Virus record (IMG/VR): IMGVR_UViG_3300010160_000040
Length of the DNA stretch: 64,000 bases
Reading direction: 5' to 3' (one strand)
From: an uncultured virus (IMG/VR IMGVR_UViG_3300010160_000040)
Taxonomy: Duplodnaviria > Heunggongvirae > Uroviricota > Caudoviricetes > Crassvirales
The notes under the pieces are model-generated. The model had not been told where the DNA came from, ran no database searches, and was given only the letters and a program-made list of their open reading frames with translations. Each line of letters starts with the position of its first letter. Position 1 is the first letter of the stretch. A program made the translations under genes and the position numbers. Shown piece by piece: positions 41,201 through 52,070 of this stretch.

Positions 41201-44200
41201 CCAGATTCCCATCCAGTACTAGGAGCTTGAGCTAGCATAGTACCATTTCTTTTTAAGATAAGTAAGTTATTAGTAACTAAACTAGTTAAGATATATTGTA
41301 TCTTAGGGTAGTTAGATAAACTTTCAATATACTTTAATCCTCCTTCATCGTTAACCCAATCAGTAATAGCTTCTAGTATATTATCAGGACTTCCTCTTTC
41401 TACAGCAGCTTTTCTAATTAAATTAGCAAACTTAGCTCCATTATTAATAGTTAATGAATTAGTTCCTTCTGTAGTATTATATTCATTTAATAACTCTACT
41501 GTTAATTGCTCAACTAATTCAGAATAAATATTTTCATATTCAACAGCATTATTCCAAAGTTTAGATTGGTTTAATTTATCTAAGTCACTTAAAGAAGCCC
41601 ACTGCTCAGGAGAACCATTAAAATCAATAGGTCTTTCACCATCTTCCATAATACCACTAAGGATAGTCTTTCTACCTTGTGTAGAATCAGTTACCTTAGG
41701 TTTAATTTCAAAAGCTATTTCATTTTGTTTACCTAGATATCTATAATCTAATGTACCCATATCTCCAGGTTGCAAAGGTTCATTATTAAAACCTTCAAAT
41801 CCTACTATTTGACCATCTACTATTGTAGGCGTATAAAATAATCTACGAGTGTTAGAAGCTCTAATAGGAGCTCCTACTTTAGAAGCAGAAGCAAAATGTA
41901 TTGTATCAATACCATTCTTTAACATAAAGATATTTAAATCTTCAAGAATAGTACCTCTAATTAAAGAAGGTATAAGCATACCATAAGAATTCTTACGATT
42001 AGATATTACACCTGTTCTAGTTTCAGGATCTTGTTGAGCATAGTTTTCTTTACTCATCATATAGTTAGGCCCAACATATTGATACTTCTGCTGAGTAAAA
42101 GGTCTAATTACATTCTTCATATAATTATTTATTTTCTCAGGAGTATCAAAAGACTCTGGTATTTCATATAATCCATATAACTCTTCTTGAGAATTAGCAG
42201 ATAAAGCTTTTAACTCTTTTTTAACTACTTCTAGTCTACTACTGCTAATACCTTCAGTTCTAAAAATACTTTCAGCAGCAAAGAATATATTACCTAAAGA
42301 ATAACCATCTGTTTCTTCAAACCCTCCTTTAGGAAAGTAAGCTTCAAAAGATTCTAAATCATTTTGATATATCTTTGCTAGTTCTTCTCTAATGTGAGCT
42401 ACAACTCTAGGATCGTCAATAACTAATTCAGTTAAAGTACCATCAAATTTTTTTCTGTAAAAAAACTCTTCACCATCTTTTAATTTTATCTTATAGTTAG
42501 GACTGTTAAATAGGCTCTCTAAGTAACTATTAGTTACATTATCTACTATCATAACTTGCTTAGTAGATGATTGCATATTAGCCCTCTTAACAAAGTCATA
42601 TATTAAAATAGATTCTTCAGCAGTTACTTGTCTAGCATTATTTAAGTTATTAGTAAACCCTTTAATTTTATAAAAAGCAGGGTCACCTAAAAATAACTTA
42701 GATTGTTCTACAGCTCCTACAAAGAATTTAGCAGCGGCTAACTCAATAGCTTCATCATAAAATTCAAAGGTATCAGGTTTAGATTTAAAAGATTCTGTTA
42801 AATTACTAATTACATTTTTATTTAAGCCTGCTCCAGGAGTTAATTCATTTATACCAGCTAATCTAGATTCAGCTTTAGTTTTAGCGAAGTAATCATTTAT
42901 CCAAGAATCCATTTGTTTATTTACAAAATTATTCCCAGTAAAATCTAATTCATCTGAATTAATTAAAGCTTCTAATCTAGCTTGATGGCTAGCATCTTTT
43001 TTAAAGGTGTCAAGTATACCATTAAATACTAAAAACTCTTGTCCTAATGTATCGTAGTTTTCTATATAAGCTTTATAATCACCTCTAGTTTTTCTAACAC
43101 GTTTTAACTCACTTACAAAGTAATCATGTAAGTAACCTTTAAATATACTTCTCCAATTGCTTGTAGGTGTATAATTACTAGCAATATCACTAAATATATC
43201 AGTTACCCCATACCCAAAACTATAAGAAGGAAACATACTTCTATCAGCGTGTTTAATAGCAGGAAAGTTATTCTCTAAAGTATTATTTAAAAAACTACTC
43301 CATAAATCACTTTCTACTAGTTTACTTGTAGGTAACCCATCATTATCTGCAGTAGTACCAGCAATTAAACTCATTGTTATTTTAGTACCTTTAGCTAGAT
43401 ATTTATTTAACCAAATACTATCATAACTCCAACTATTAAGTATCTCAGGGTATATTTCATTTAATCGTTTTAAATATACATCTTTAAATGTATCTGCATC
43501 TACTCCATCATATCCTAACTCATCTCTAACTAAGTCAACAACTCTATTTAAGTTATTAATTACTAAAGTTTGATAAGTATTTAAATTAATACTAGATACG
43601 TTATTACCACTAACATTAGCAAGCTGATTATCATAATCATTTCTATAAGGAGCATTAAATTCTATCATAGCCGTAGCTAGAACATTAATTGTAGAAGGCT
43701 CTTTACCTACTTGTTGGAATATATCTATAGGATTTCCACCATTCTTTATAAAGGTTTTAAATTCTCCTAGAAAAGCAGCATAAACTTCAAAGAATGTTTT
43801 AGAGCCTGCTAAGACCTTTATTTTCTTTTTAGATGTTATAACACCTTTAGAAGCTAAAGGAAAGCCTATAGCTTTTAAAATCTCTTCTTCGCTAGAATAC
43901 TTATCATTAAGAGTGTTAATTATTTTAGATTTATTTTCAGTAAAAGCAATATCTAATTGCCCACTCCACTCTTTTAACATTCTATTTTGCATGTTATTAG
44001 TATCAGCATTTTGAGATTTTATCTCATCGCCATTAATAACTTGGTTAATAAATTCGTATTTAGTGTTAGAAAAAGAAGATATAAATTTATTTATTAAAGA
44101 TATTCTTGGTAAATTAGATTCATTATTATCTTTTAAAGATAGTACATTACCTTTATCATCAAATATAAATTGTTCAGGATAAAATACTTTTTGATGTAAC

Positions 44201-45087
44201 CATTCAATAGTAGGATTAGTTTTTCTCTCATTTTTAATAACTCTCATAAAAGCATTTATATCAGCAGGCTGATTAACAAATACATTCATTAGTAAGTCAT
44301 TAGCTTCACTTTGGGCAATAGGAGATTCTAAATTTAAGTTATCACTTAAAATAGCATTATTATAATCATCTACAGAGTATCCTGTAGGATTGTCTACTAA
44401 ATTTTGCTTACTTAACTTAGGTATACCTGATATAAGTAACTTAATGGCCCTAGAAAAACTATCTTTTCTATTCTGCTCTAAAGATTCAGTATTCCAATTA
44501 TCTCTAACTTCTTCAATAGAACTTTGCAATTCAAATGAAGTATCTTCATCACCTTCTTTAAATTTAAATAGGTTAGCTATCTTTACTTTAAATGTATTTA
44601 AAATAAGATTAGCATGATCACTATCTTCAGGATAGGTAAATTTAAAGTAGTCTGCTAGAAAACTAGTAGGAAAGTCACGAGAGATAGCAGAAGCTATTTC
44701 CATATGTCTAGGATTAGTACCATCAAACATACTAACCATATCTAATAAAGCTTCTTGATAAACTTGTTGGAATTTAGAAGTAGATAAAGTATCATCTAAT
44801 AGATTACTAAAATCATCTAGACTACTTAAATTATTTACTAAATTCTTTATAAAGTAATACTTTAAACCTTCAAATAATTCAGACTGTTCATTTGTAGATA
44901 ACTCAACACCTTCAAAGATAAACTTAGTCATAACCTTAGGGTCTAGACGTTTTATCTCTTTAACTTCTTGAGTAGTTGGTATTTTACTATTATTCTTATA
45001 GTAAAGTTTATAAGCATTAAGTTCGCCATATTGACTTACTAATGCTTTAAAATCTGGGTGTTTTGGATTAGGACAACTTTTAGCCAT
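38272..45087 (-). CDS. virion-packaged DNA-dependent RNA polymerase (crAss-type, single chain)
   Basis: 2271 aa; RIPNQ and the catalytic GGDFDIDK motif (~40822-40845). Confidence 0.88.
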   Translation of the reverse strand: MAKSCPNPKHPDFKALVSQYGELNAYKLYYKNNSKIPTTQEVKEIKRLDPKVMTKFIFEGVELSTNEQSELFEGLKYYFIKNLVNNLSSLDDFSNLLDDTLSTSKFQQVYQEALLDMVSMFDGTNPRHMEIASAISRDFPTSFLADYFKFTYPEDSDHANLILNTFKVKIANLFKFKEGDEDTSFELQSSIEEVRDNWNTESLEQNRKDSFSRAIKLLISGIPKLSKQNLVDNPTGYSVDDYNNAILSDNLNLESPIAQSEANDLLMNVFVNQPADINAFMRVIKNERKTNPTIEWLHQKVFYPEQFIFDDKGNVLSLKDNNESNLPRISLINKFISSFSNTKYEFINQVINGDEIKSQNADTNNMQNRMLKEWSGQLDIAFTENKSKIINTLNDKYSSEEEILKAIGFPLASKGVITSKKKIKVLAGSKTFFEVYAAFLGEFKTFIKNGGNPIDIFQQVGKEPSTINVLATAMIEFNAPYRNDYDNQLANVSGNNVSSINLNTYQTLVINNLNRVVDLVRDELGYDGVDADTFKDVYLKRLNEIYPEILNSWSYDSIWLNKYLAKGTKITMSLIAGTTADNDGLPTSKLVESDLWSSFLNNTLENNFPAIKHADRSMFPSYSFGYGVTDIFSDIASNYTPTSNWRSIFKGYLHDYFVSELKRVRKTRGDYKAYIENYDTLGQEFLVFNGILDTFKKDASHQARLEALINSDELDFTGNNFVNKQMDSWINDYFAKTKAESRLAGINELTPGAGLNKNVISNLTESFKSKPDTFEFYDEAIELAAAKFFVGAVEQSKLFLGDPAFYKIKGFTNNLNNARQVTAEESILIYDFVKRANMQSSTKQVMIVDNVTNSYLESLFNSPNYKIKLKDGEEFFYRKKFDGTLTELVIDDPRVVAHIREELAKIYQNDLESFEAYFPKGGFEETDGYSLGNIFFAAESIFRTEGISSSRLEVVKKELKALSANSQEELYGLYEIPESFDTPEKINNYMKNVIRPFTQQKYQYVGPNYMMSKENYAQQDPETRTGVISNRKNSYGMLIPSLIRGTILEDLNIFMLKNGIDTIHFASASKVGAPIRASNTRRLFYTPTIVDGQIVGFEGFNNEPLQPGDMGTLDYRYLGKQNEIAFEIKPKVTDSTQGRKTILSGIMEDGERPIDFNGSPEQWASLSDLDKLNQSKLWNNAVEYENIYSELVEQLTVELLNEYNTTEGTNSLTINNGAKFANLIRKAAVERGSPDNILEAITDWVNDEGGLKYIESLSNYPKIQYILTSLVTNNLLILKRNGTMLAQAPSTGWESGNREASNGKAVGGAFLKFYEFSYDKDGNIIEVHPAECALPFPIEKLPGLFKKYRTKDIIKAIDLLNADIEAGFVPPIIVKGLRIPNQQFSSNDVLQVKKFLYPMYTQTIIVPNEIIVKTGGDFDIDKESLFLPFLDDNFNTISSDKLEGTKKLQARLLEVEIEMLLNPARIARFLKPITGGDIQKLAQIEQKKTLGTDNSVNKPFTDIFKIGSLVKSTLEYVGGKQGVGIVATWITFHKIMEMYNKSLKDGTKFSITSIQIGNYVQEVEDVLSALITSQVDIVKDSYSAVVNIVLDTLNPVCYMVLQGYSVSDIISVVNSPVIREYYRLRNKSNAKSISVKRGLNKKEDIIKYLSKEFPNEQNELYTWIAIEDSANKITDVKTELSADTKYQKSPSDVQALETLYKEITGENGIFSKETIDDLMNNSLLTPFIKSRELISKWFDQLYLTKSTERMRDLTEDLRAKAFDHIKNKEINSKARQRFDENLINYLIQNTKNNTQFKGKFDTLFKGDNSIARRILKAKKNPAFENNYLINQLVAQLDNKLGINENEKIDNLKLYAGKLTDSEANSLAQAFADIKKIDENLYDDLIVFNIFQSGISNSTYQLNKVLPYEAQKKVLDFIATMDVKGITNKVLADFYVKFFLANPNQINKKPKVGNIFSPFKKDFSTGKLVILINGVNSESIGPIGGFNAIDYTRPLTGEVANKAAEIEEYLNGYEVRNIMERITGKVAEVSSSGSTTSTQPSTSVKVIPLNESQRFTRESAEKDTEYMYLFTDNAGRTSGSGVIDPNSWYAKKYGVDKKYASKTQAVARGLKNVYPITTMVDDKRTQWTDDQFNEYKKIIDDEIETIKQASKKYNGIKFGAEMPFGKGAISNMKDSAPKIWNYLNTKLAEIGIDNTGDIPVSTQSQATTSTEDKKADTFYNLEDFTNEQKVIILDNMIAKKMSADKNNALIQIEAQLLKDRKSTIEFLKSCLT

Positions 45088-45090
45088 TCG

Positions 45091-48000
45091 TTATTTTTTT
45101 TTAGTTCTATTTTGACCATTAAACTTATTTAGGTCACCTGTTTCAGTACCACTTGGTTTCTTAGTAGATGCTACTCCAGTACATTTTTTTATTTCTTCTG
45201 CTACTTGATCTACTGTTTTATCTTCATTAACTTTTTGATTAGAAGATACTTCTTTAACTGATTCAGGAGCTTCCTCACTTAAACCAGATAGTTGCTCATT
45301 AACTAACTTATCAATATTAGAAATTACATCAACAATATCATTTAATAATCCAGCATCTACTAATTCATCTGTTAGCTTATCTTTAAACTCTTCTACACTA
45401 CTAGATGTAATATTGTATGGTATAGGAGGTAATTTTTTTATAGTAGCAATAATTTTACCTATTGTACTATTATTTTGACCTGTAATATCCTCATCTTCTG
45501 AAGTTCCAGGCACCCCCTCGTCACCTTGATATTCAACTTCTTTATTACCAGGTGTTGCAAACATATTTAAAATTCGCAAAGCTTTTTTTTCTGCTTCAAC
45601 TCTTTTACTAGGTACTACTACGGGTTCTGATGTAGTAGGAAATAAAGACTCTCCATTCATAGTATTAGAAGGAGTAGTAACTACAGCAGTACCTTTATAA
45701 TAATCTTCTATATTTTGTATAAAAGCATCAAATGAGATGCCATACTTATTAAGAATAGTCATAACTCTTTCATGACTACTTTTATTTTTAGCTTTTAAAT
45801 TAACTACTAAATTATCTAATACTTCTTTATTACTATAGTTAGATATACTTGCTGTATTTTCTTTTGTAGCTTTTATAGGCTCTAATTTAGGAATAGTAGA
45901 ATCTATTTTAGATAGTAAAGAATTTAAAATATTAACAGTTTCTTGAAGCCACTTATTTCTATCTAAAGTGAGATCTTTACTTTTTTGTAATTTTTGATCA
46001 TTAGATAATGACTCATTACTCATTACATTAATTATCATATTAAAATCTAATTTATCAAGCTCATTACTTAACGATTCGTAATTTTTGCTATCAATTTTAA
46101 TATTTAAATTAAAGCTTTTGTTAATATATTCAACTAGTTCTTGAATACCTGTCGTTTTATTTGTAAGTCTATTTTCAAAAATAAATCCTATTCTACTAAA
46201 TAATGCAGCTCTAATAATTGAATCTAAACCTTTGTTTTTAATTATACTTCTAAAAACTTTTTCAAAATTAGTACCATAAATTTCAGGTGCTCTTAATCCA
46301 GCTTGTTCTGTAAATTTACTACTTTGATATATAAAACTACCATAATGAGCTTCTACTACTTCTTCAAATAAATTTTTAGCTGTTGGCACAGGAGTTGCAG
46401 AAGCACTAGCACCTCTTAAACCTGCTGGAAGATTTCCTCCAAATACTATTTTGTTTTCATCAAATTCCACCTCAGTAGGAGCATCTTTTCCAGCAGCTGG
46501 GCCTGATGAAGGTTTAGCGCCAGGAGTTGAAGCTGGTTTAGGAGCAGGTTCAGGTTCAGGTTGAGTTTGTAGTTTATTTAATATTTTAGGTTTACCATTA
46601 TTAGAACTATCTAATATAACATTTTTAGAAGCAAATAGCATCTTATTACCATTATATTTACTATTAGAACTAACAGCATTTGTAATTAAAATTGGATCTT
46701 TAGAGTTTAATAAGAACTCTTTATAGCCATTTGGATAAGTTTTCCAAGCTAATTCTCCTTTACCATTTATATAAGGGTGCTTGTAAAATTTATTTGTAGC
46801 AAACATATTCTTAGATATGTTATGTCTTTTAGTATCTAAGAAAGCCATAAAATCTAAATTATACTTAGGGTTATCTAAATTAGCTAAATCAATAGCAGTA
46901 ATAGCCCAACCTTGATTAGGGTTTGAGAAATATACTTTATTACTCTTTAAGTAAATAGTGTTCTTACTACCTGGATTTTTAGAACCTCCCCAAAATATAA
47001 TATTATTCATTAATGATAAAGTACCAGTTTTACCAAATATAGGTACATCTGTAACTTTCTCATTATTACCCATATTATCAGCTATATAGTAACTCTTACC
47101 ATCATTACCAATATTTAACTTTTTCTCACTAAGACTACTTTCTGTTTGTGTCCTAGATTGTTGTAAGTAGTATATAATAAGTTTCTTATCTTCTGTAGAT
47201 ATCTTTCTTTGGTTAGCATAGAAATACTCTTTAGTTTTTTTATTATAAACTATAACAGCTCCTTTCTTTCCATTTTTAATTTTAATTCCAGAACCTGGTA
47301 TTTCCCAAACCTCACTATTATCAATTACATAAACACCTATATTCTCTAAGTCTTCTGGTTTTTGAGAATCAAGACCTCTTTTGTTTTTTAATACTTCAGC
47401 TACTGAACTCATAGGAGATTTAGCAACATCTTTATTAGATTCTCTAGTTAAAAGAATACCATTAGTAACTCCAGGAGCTTTTAAATAAGTAGTTTCATTA
47501 GCTTCCATATTAGCTTTTAACTCTGCTATAAACTCGTTATAGTTAGCTTTAGCAAAATTTGTTACTAACTCTTTAAATTGTGAAGGAGTTAATTTCTTTT
47601 CTCCAACAGTAATATACTTAGTAGGATCTGTTAAATGAATGTTAGTAGGGTCTTTAACTTCCATACTAGCATTACGCATAAAGAAATTTACTAATGCATT
47701 TAAGTTAACTTTACTTTTACCTTTATTATCTATTAAAGTATCTGCTTTAGGTAAAAATGTATACACATACTTACCAGTTTTAGATACTTCACCTTGATCA
47801 TCTGACTTAACAAACTCTCCATCAGCAGTATTTACTAATACAGTAACTATATCATTTGCTGGATCATGAATTCCTCCACCATTAGAAATACGTTTTAAAG
47901 CATCTATTTTTAAATCAGCAGGTATCTTAGCACCAGATAAAAGATATGTTCTTAAAACATATTTAGAATTAGTTATATCAGGAGTATTTTGTTCTAAGAA

Positions 48001-51000
48001 GTTATTCCATCTTATAGAATCTTCATTTTTATTAATAACTGGATAACCATCTGCATCATAAACTGTTTCTAACTTACCTTCAGCATTAGTTTCATACTCT
48101 ACAGTCATATTAGTAGTATAAAATAAATGGTCAGATAGAGCATTACTATTTAAAACTCTACTAGCAATTTCTGTATGAATAGGTTTAGGATTAAATTCTT
48201 CATCACCTGCTTTTTGTGAATCAGGTAAATTACTAATTTCATCTTTTCTATCTCTATTAAGAATAGTAGAATATTCTATTTTTATAGATTGTAGTGCGTT
48301 ATTTAAATTTTCAAATAACTTTCTATTATTATTAAATCTAATTAGATTATTAATATCAATTAAATTTTGTTCTAATTCAGCTAATTGTTGTTTAGTAACT
48401 ACAGCTTCATTTTCTAATGATTGTCTATTTACATAATTTAAATTTAAATTTATCTCTTCTAAATCTTTATTAAATTCAGCTCTAGCTTCTTCAATTGTAA
48501 GATTATAAGTAGTAGCAAACTTTTTAAATATATAATCTGCTAAAGCTCTAATTTTAGGATCTTCTAATAATTCAGCTGTTGTTAAATTATATTTATCAGC
48601 AACTTTCCACTTAACTTTAAACCATTGAGGTAAGTCATCTATTTTAGTAGCAAATACCCAATTTTTAAAATCATCAGATTCATTTATAGCAGTTTGTAAT
48701 AGTTCAACTTGTTTTCTTAATGCTGCAATTTGTTCAGTAACATTATCTTTTAATATACTAAGTTGATTTAAAGCATAATCTATATCATCAGTATTAGCTA
48801 ACTCTTCTAAATCTTTAGAAAGTTTTTTAGCCCATATCTTATCAATAGACTCTAAGTTCATTTGATCTAACTTTTCTAAAAACTCATTTAAAGAAAAATC
48901 TAGGCCCTTTTTAAAAGAGTCTTTCATTTCTTCAACGACTAATAATAAATCATTCTTTTGAGAAGCTAGTTGATTAAATACTCTAGATATATCCTCTTTA
49001 ACTTTTTCTAATTCAGCTATTCTTTGTTCTAGAGCTTTTATAGATTTGTTAATAGCTCCTTTCTCTTTAATATTACCAACAAGTTTATAATACTCTTTTT
49101 GAAAAGCTAACTCTTCTTTTAAAGCATTTTGCTCAAGTAATACTTTTTTAGCTTCCTCTATAGTAGTTATAATCTCTTTATTTAAAGTGTTAGCAACTGC
49201 TTCTAATGCTTTAATTTTAGCAGCATTAGTTTTAATAGCTGTAGACTTTACTTTATTAATTAAAGTTTGTTGTTTATTAACAAAATTTATTTTATCAAAG
49301 TATTTAACTATAAACTCCTCATTAAATAACTGTAGTACACCTTTTTTATTTTTAACGTATTCTCCAGTTTTAATATTTTTTAATAGTAATCCTTTAGTCT
49401 TTCTATCCTCTATAATACTTTGTAGCTTATCATTATACTTTTGTATAATATCAGCTATCTTTTCTTTATCAGTAATAGGATCTAAACCTTCTAACGCTTT
49501 ATTTTTTTCATCTTCAAACTCTTTTCTTAGCTCTGTTATATTAATAGGCACTAATTCAAATGCAGTATTTTTACCAGCAACCTTCATAACAAATTGATTA
49601 CCAATAATTCCATTACCTCCTTTATCTACCCAACCAGCTCTTTTAGAATTTTCTCTAACTATGTTAATCTTTTCTTTATCAGATAGTTGTTTAGCCTCTT
49701 CAGCTGCTTTAGTATCAACAGCTTCTTTATCAGCCTTAGCTATAATATTTAAAGTTTGAGTAAAGTTATTATTAGTTAATCTAATCCAAGCAGAGTTCAT
49801 TGCTTTTCTTTCCCCTATTAATTGGGTTAAATCATTTAGCTTTTCTATTAAGTCTAATTGTTCTATTTTTGAAATATTTAATTTAGCAATAGAATCAATA
49901 GCCCCATCTAATTTATCTAAATCTTCAGTGGTTAAATTTTTAATAGTAGTTGGATTTAGTTGACTAAAATCTGCTAATACATAAGCATTATTAGTTACCT
50001 TCATAATAGTAGCAGTAACTTCATTATAAACATCTATAATTCGTTTATCCTGAGTTTCACCTAAATATAAACTTCTATTTAAAATATCTTTAATAGCTAC
50101 TTGTTTAGTTTTATCTCCATCAGAAACTAAAGCTATTTGTTCACCAAACATAGCTTCTAAATCTTCAGTAACATTTTTTAAATCTTCAACAGCTTTTAAA
50201 TTAGTGCTAGATTGTTTTCTAATGTAAGTCATTACCTCATCATCACTCCATTTAGCATCAAAAAAACTTTTTTTACCTTTAGTTTCATCTTTAGGGTCTA
50301 CTGGTATAGTATACTTATTCCTAATATCATCAGCAGACAATTTAGTTTCATCTTTTAACATATCAGAAAGCTCTTCATATTTACCAGCTTTGATATAAGC
50401 ATTAGCTAAATTATAAAACTTCTCATGTTTTAAAGATTCATAGTTATATTTATCACTACTTAGTAAGGCTTGTTGTTGTGCTTGATCTAAATTAGCACTT
50501 CTATTTAACATCTCTTGGAAGTTAATAATAGTTCTAGTAGGATCTTGTTTTAACTCTGCTGAGTACTCATTAAAAGCTTTATTAATTTCACCAGCTCTTT
50601 CTTGTGCTTCTACATTTTCAGTGTTAGCATCTTTAAAAGATTGGTAAAGTCCTGCACCAGGCATTATTAATCCAGTAAGGGCCCCTAAAAAATAATTAGT
50701 AAGACCTTCTTGATTAGTAGAATTAGATAGACCTTGGCCAACACTACTAATAATATCTGTAATACCTCCTTGCTTAGCTCCTGTAAATTTACCTGAATAG
50801 TAATCTTCAGCAGACTTTTGTACTACACCTTGGAAAAACTCTTCCATACCTTCTCTATTAGAAGATATAGCAGCTTTACCTAAAGTGCTATACCATTTAG
50901 GTTTAATAGCAGTAGCTATGTTCTCTCCAGCTTTTAACTCATTTAAAGCAGTCATCTTAATACTGTTTTCAAATCTCTTAGCATTTAAAGCATAGTTTTT

Positions 51001-52065
51001 TGCAAACATATCTCTATACCCAGCAAAGTTACTAGCTGTTAATAATACAGAGTTCCAAAGAAATTCAGCATTCTGAAATCCTTTAACATTCTCATCAAGA
51101 CTTTTTAACTTCTCTTCGTACTCTTGCTCCTTACCAGCTTTAATTCTATTAGTTGTAGGGTCAAAGTATTCTTCATCTAAAGCTTTTTTGTTGGTATCAT
51201 AGAATTGTCTGCCATTACCTAAAGCTTCTATCCTAGCTTCACCAGTTGCAGCTATAGCAGAGGAAGTTATTTGATTAGCCCTATTCCAATTTCTGTAAGT
51301 CTTAGCGCCTGATTCAAGCATACCTTTAACAGTAGCAGCTGTTGTATTAGTTAACTCAGGAGCTTGCTGTAATAATGCAATAGCTTCATCTATATTTTTA
51401 GCCTCTCCAGTAGCAATAGATTTAGTCATTTTATTAAATAACTCTACTTCTTTCTTTTGAGTAAAAGCTTTGCCTAAATTACTAAATAAATTACCGCTAA
51501 CCATACCAGCAGCCATAGCTCCTCCAGCAAACCCTAGATTCTTAATAAACATATCACCCCAAAAGTTAGCTGCTTTATCAGCATCAAACATTTGATCTAA
51601 TAATCCGCCTTCTTGTTCAGCTTTAGTTCTGTAGTTTGCAAAAGCACTTTCCATCCCTTCATTAAAATCCTGCATAGCATTACTAAAAGGATTGTCAACA
51701 AAAGCATTTAATAAATCTCCACCTGATTCTATATCTCCAGCTGCACCTTTAGCAATCATATTACCTATTCCATATACAGTCCCTCCAAAAGTATCTGCAA
51801 ATGTAGTAACAGCTAGTCCAGCTCCTTTAACTACACCATTAGCAAGTTGATCAATACCTGGCTGATTAATAGCTCTATGCTCATAAAAAGAATCCATAGG
51901 ATCACCTTCAAATGGTACCATATACCCTTGATCATACTGACTAACTTCTTCAGTAGGTAATATTAACGACTGTCTATTTTTATAAGGAGAGCCTATTATT
52001 CCTTGACTCTGCGCATTTGCTAGTAAAAAATTTATATCAAATGAGGGGTTATTATTTTCTGGCAT
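45091..52065 (-). CDS. giant virion/ejection protein, first gene of the RNAP cassette
   Basis: 2324 aa; Gly/Ala hydrophobic N-terminal helices, EG.EE..Q motif, long coiled coils, Pro-rich linker. Confidence 0.75.
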   Translation of the reverse strand: MPENNNPSFDINFLLANAQSQGIIGSPYKNRQSLILPTEEVSQYDQGYMVPFEGDPMDSFYEHRAINQPGIDQLANGVVKGAGLAVTTFADTFGGTVYGIGNMIAKGAAGDIESGGDLLNAFVDNPFSNAMQDFNEGMESAFANYRTKAEQEGGLLDQMFDADKAANFWGDMFIKNLGFAGGAMAAGMVSGNLFSNLGKAFTQKKEVELFNKMTKSIATGEAKNIDEAIALLQQAPELTNTTAATVKGMLESGAKTYRNWNRANQITSSAIAATGEARIEALGNGRQFYDTNKKALDEEYFDPTTNRIKAGKEQEYEEKLKSLDENVKGFQNAEFLWNSVLLTASNFAGYRDMFAKNYALNAKRFENSIKMTALNELKAGENIATAIKPKWYSTLGKAAISSNREGMEEFFQGVVQKSAEDYYSGKFTGAKQGGITDIISSVGQGLSNSTNQEGLTNYFLGALTGLIMPGAGLYQSFKDANTENVEAQERAGEINKAFNEYSAELKQDPTRTIINFQEMLNRSANLDQAQQQALLSSDKYNYESLKHEKFYNLANAYIKAGKYEELSDMLKDETKLSADDIRNKYTIPVDPKDETKGKKSFFDAKWSDDEVMTYIRKQSSTNLKAVEDLKNVTEDLEAMFGEQIALVSDGDKTKQVAIKDILNRSLYLGETQDKRIIDVYNEVTATIMKVTNNAYVLADFSQLNPTTIKNLTTEDLDKLDGAIDSIAKLNISKIEQLDLIEKLNDLTQLIGERKAMNSAWIRLTNNNFTQTLNIIAKADKEAVDTKAAEEAKQLSDKEKINIVRENSKRAGWVDKGGNGIIGNQFVMKVAGKNTAFELVPINITELRKEFEDEKNKALEGLDPITDKEKIADIIQKYNDKLQSIIEDRKTKGLLLKNIKTGEYVKNKKGVLQLFNEEFIVKYFDKINFVNKQQTLINKVKSTAIKTNAAKIKALEAVANTLNKEIITTIEEAKKVLLEQNALKEELAFQKEYYKLVGNIKEKGAINKSIKALEQRIAELEKVKEDISRVFNQLASQKNDLLLVVEEMKDSFKKGLDFSLNEFLEKLDQMNLESIDKIWAKKLSKDLEELANTDDIDYALNQLSILKDNVTEQIAALRKQVELLQTAINESDDFKNWVFATKIDDLPQWFKVKWKVADKYNLTTAELLEDPKIRALADYIFKKFATTYNLTIEEARAEFNKDLEEINLNLNYVNRQSLENEAVVTKQQLAELEQNLIDINNLIRFNNNRKLFENLNNALQSIKIEYSTILNRDRKDEISNLPDSQKAGDEEFNPKPIHTEIASRVLNSNALSDHLFYTTNMTVEYETNAEGKLETVYDADGYPVINKNEDSIRWNNFLEQNTPDITNSKYVLRTYLLSGAKIPADLKIDALKRISNGGGIHDPANDIVTVLVNTADGEFVKSDDQGEVSKTGKYVYTFLPKADTLIDNKGKSKVNLNALVNFFMRNASMEVKDPTNIHLTDPTKYITVGEKKLTPSQFKELVTNFAKANYNEFIAELKANMEANETTYLKAPGVTNGILLTRESNKDVAKSPMSSVAEVLKNKRGLDSQKPEDLENIGVYVIDNSEVWEIPGSGIKIKNGKKGAVIVYNKKTKEYFYANQRKISTEDKKLIIYYLQQSRTQTESSLSEKKLNIGNDGKSYYIADNMGNNEKVTDVPIFGKTGTLSLMNNIIFWGGSKNPGSKNTIYLKSNKVYFSNPNQGWAITAIDLANLDNPKYNLDFMAFLDTKRHNISKNMFATNKFYKHPYINGKGELAWKTYPNGYKEFLLNSKDPILITNAVSSNSKYNGNKMLFASKNVILDSSNNGKPKILNKLQTQPEPEPAPKPASTPGAKPSSGPAAGKDAPTEVEFDENKIVFGGNLPAGLRGASASATPVPTAKNLFEEVVEAHYGSFIYQSSKFTEQAGLRAPEIYGTNFEKVFRSIIKNKGLDSIIRAALFSRIGFIFENRLTNKTTGIQELVEYINKSFNLNIKIDSKNYESLSNELDKLDFNMIINVMSNESLSNDQKLQKSKDLTLDRNKWLQETVNILNSLLSKIDSTIPKLEPIKATKENTASISNYSNKEVLDNLVVNLKAKNKSSHERVMTILNKYGISFDAFIQNIEDYYKGTAVVTTPSNTMNGESLFPTTSEPVVVPSKRVEAEKKALRILNMFATPGNKEVEYQGDEGVPGTSEDEDITGQNNSTIGKIIATIKKLPPIPYNITSSSVEEFKDKLTDELVDAGLLNDIVDVISNIDKLVNEQLSGLSEEAPESVKEVSSNQKVNEDKTVDQVAEEIKKCTGVASTKKPSGTETGDLNKFNGQNRTKKK

Positions 52066-52070
52066 ATTGT

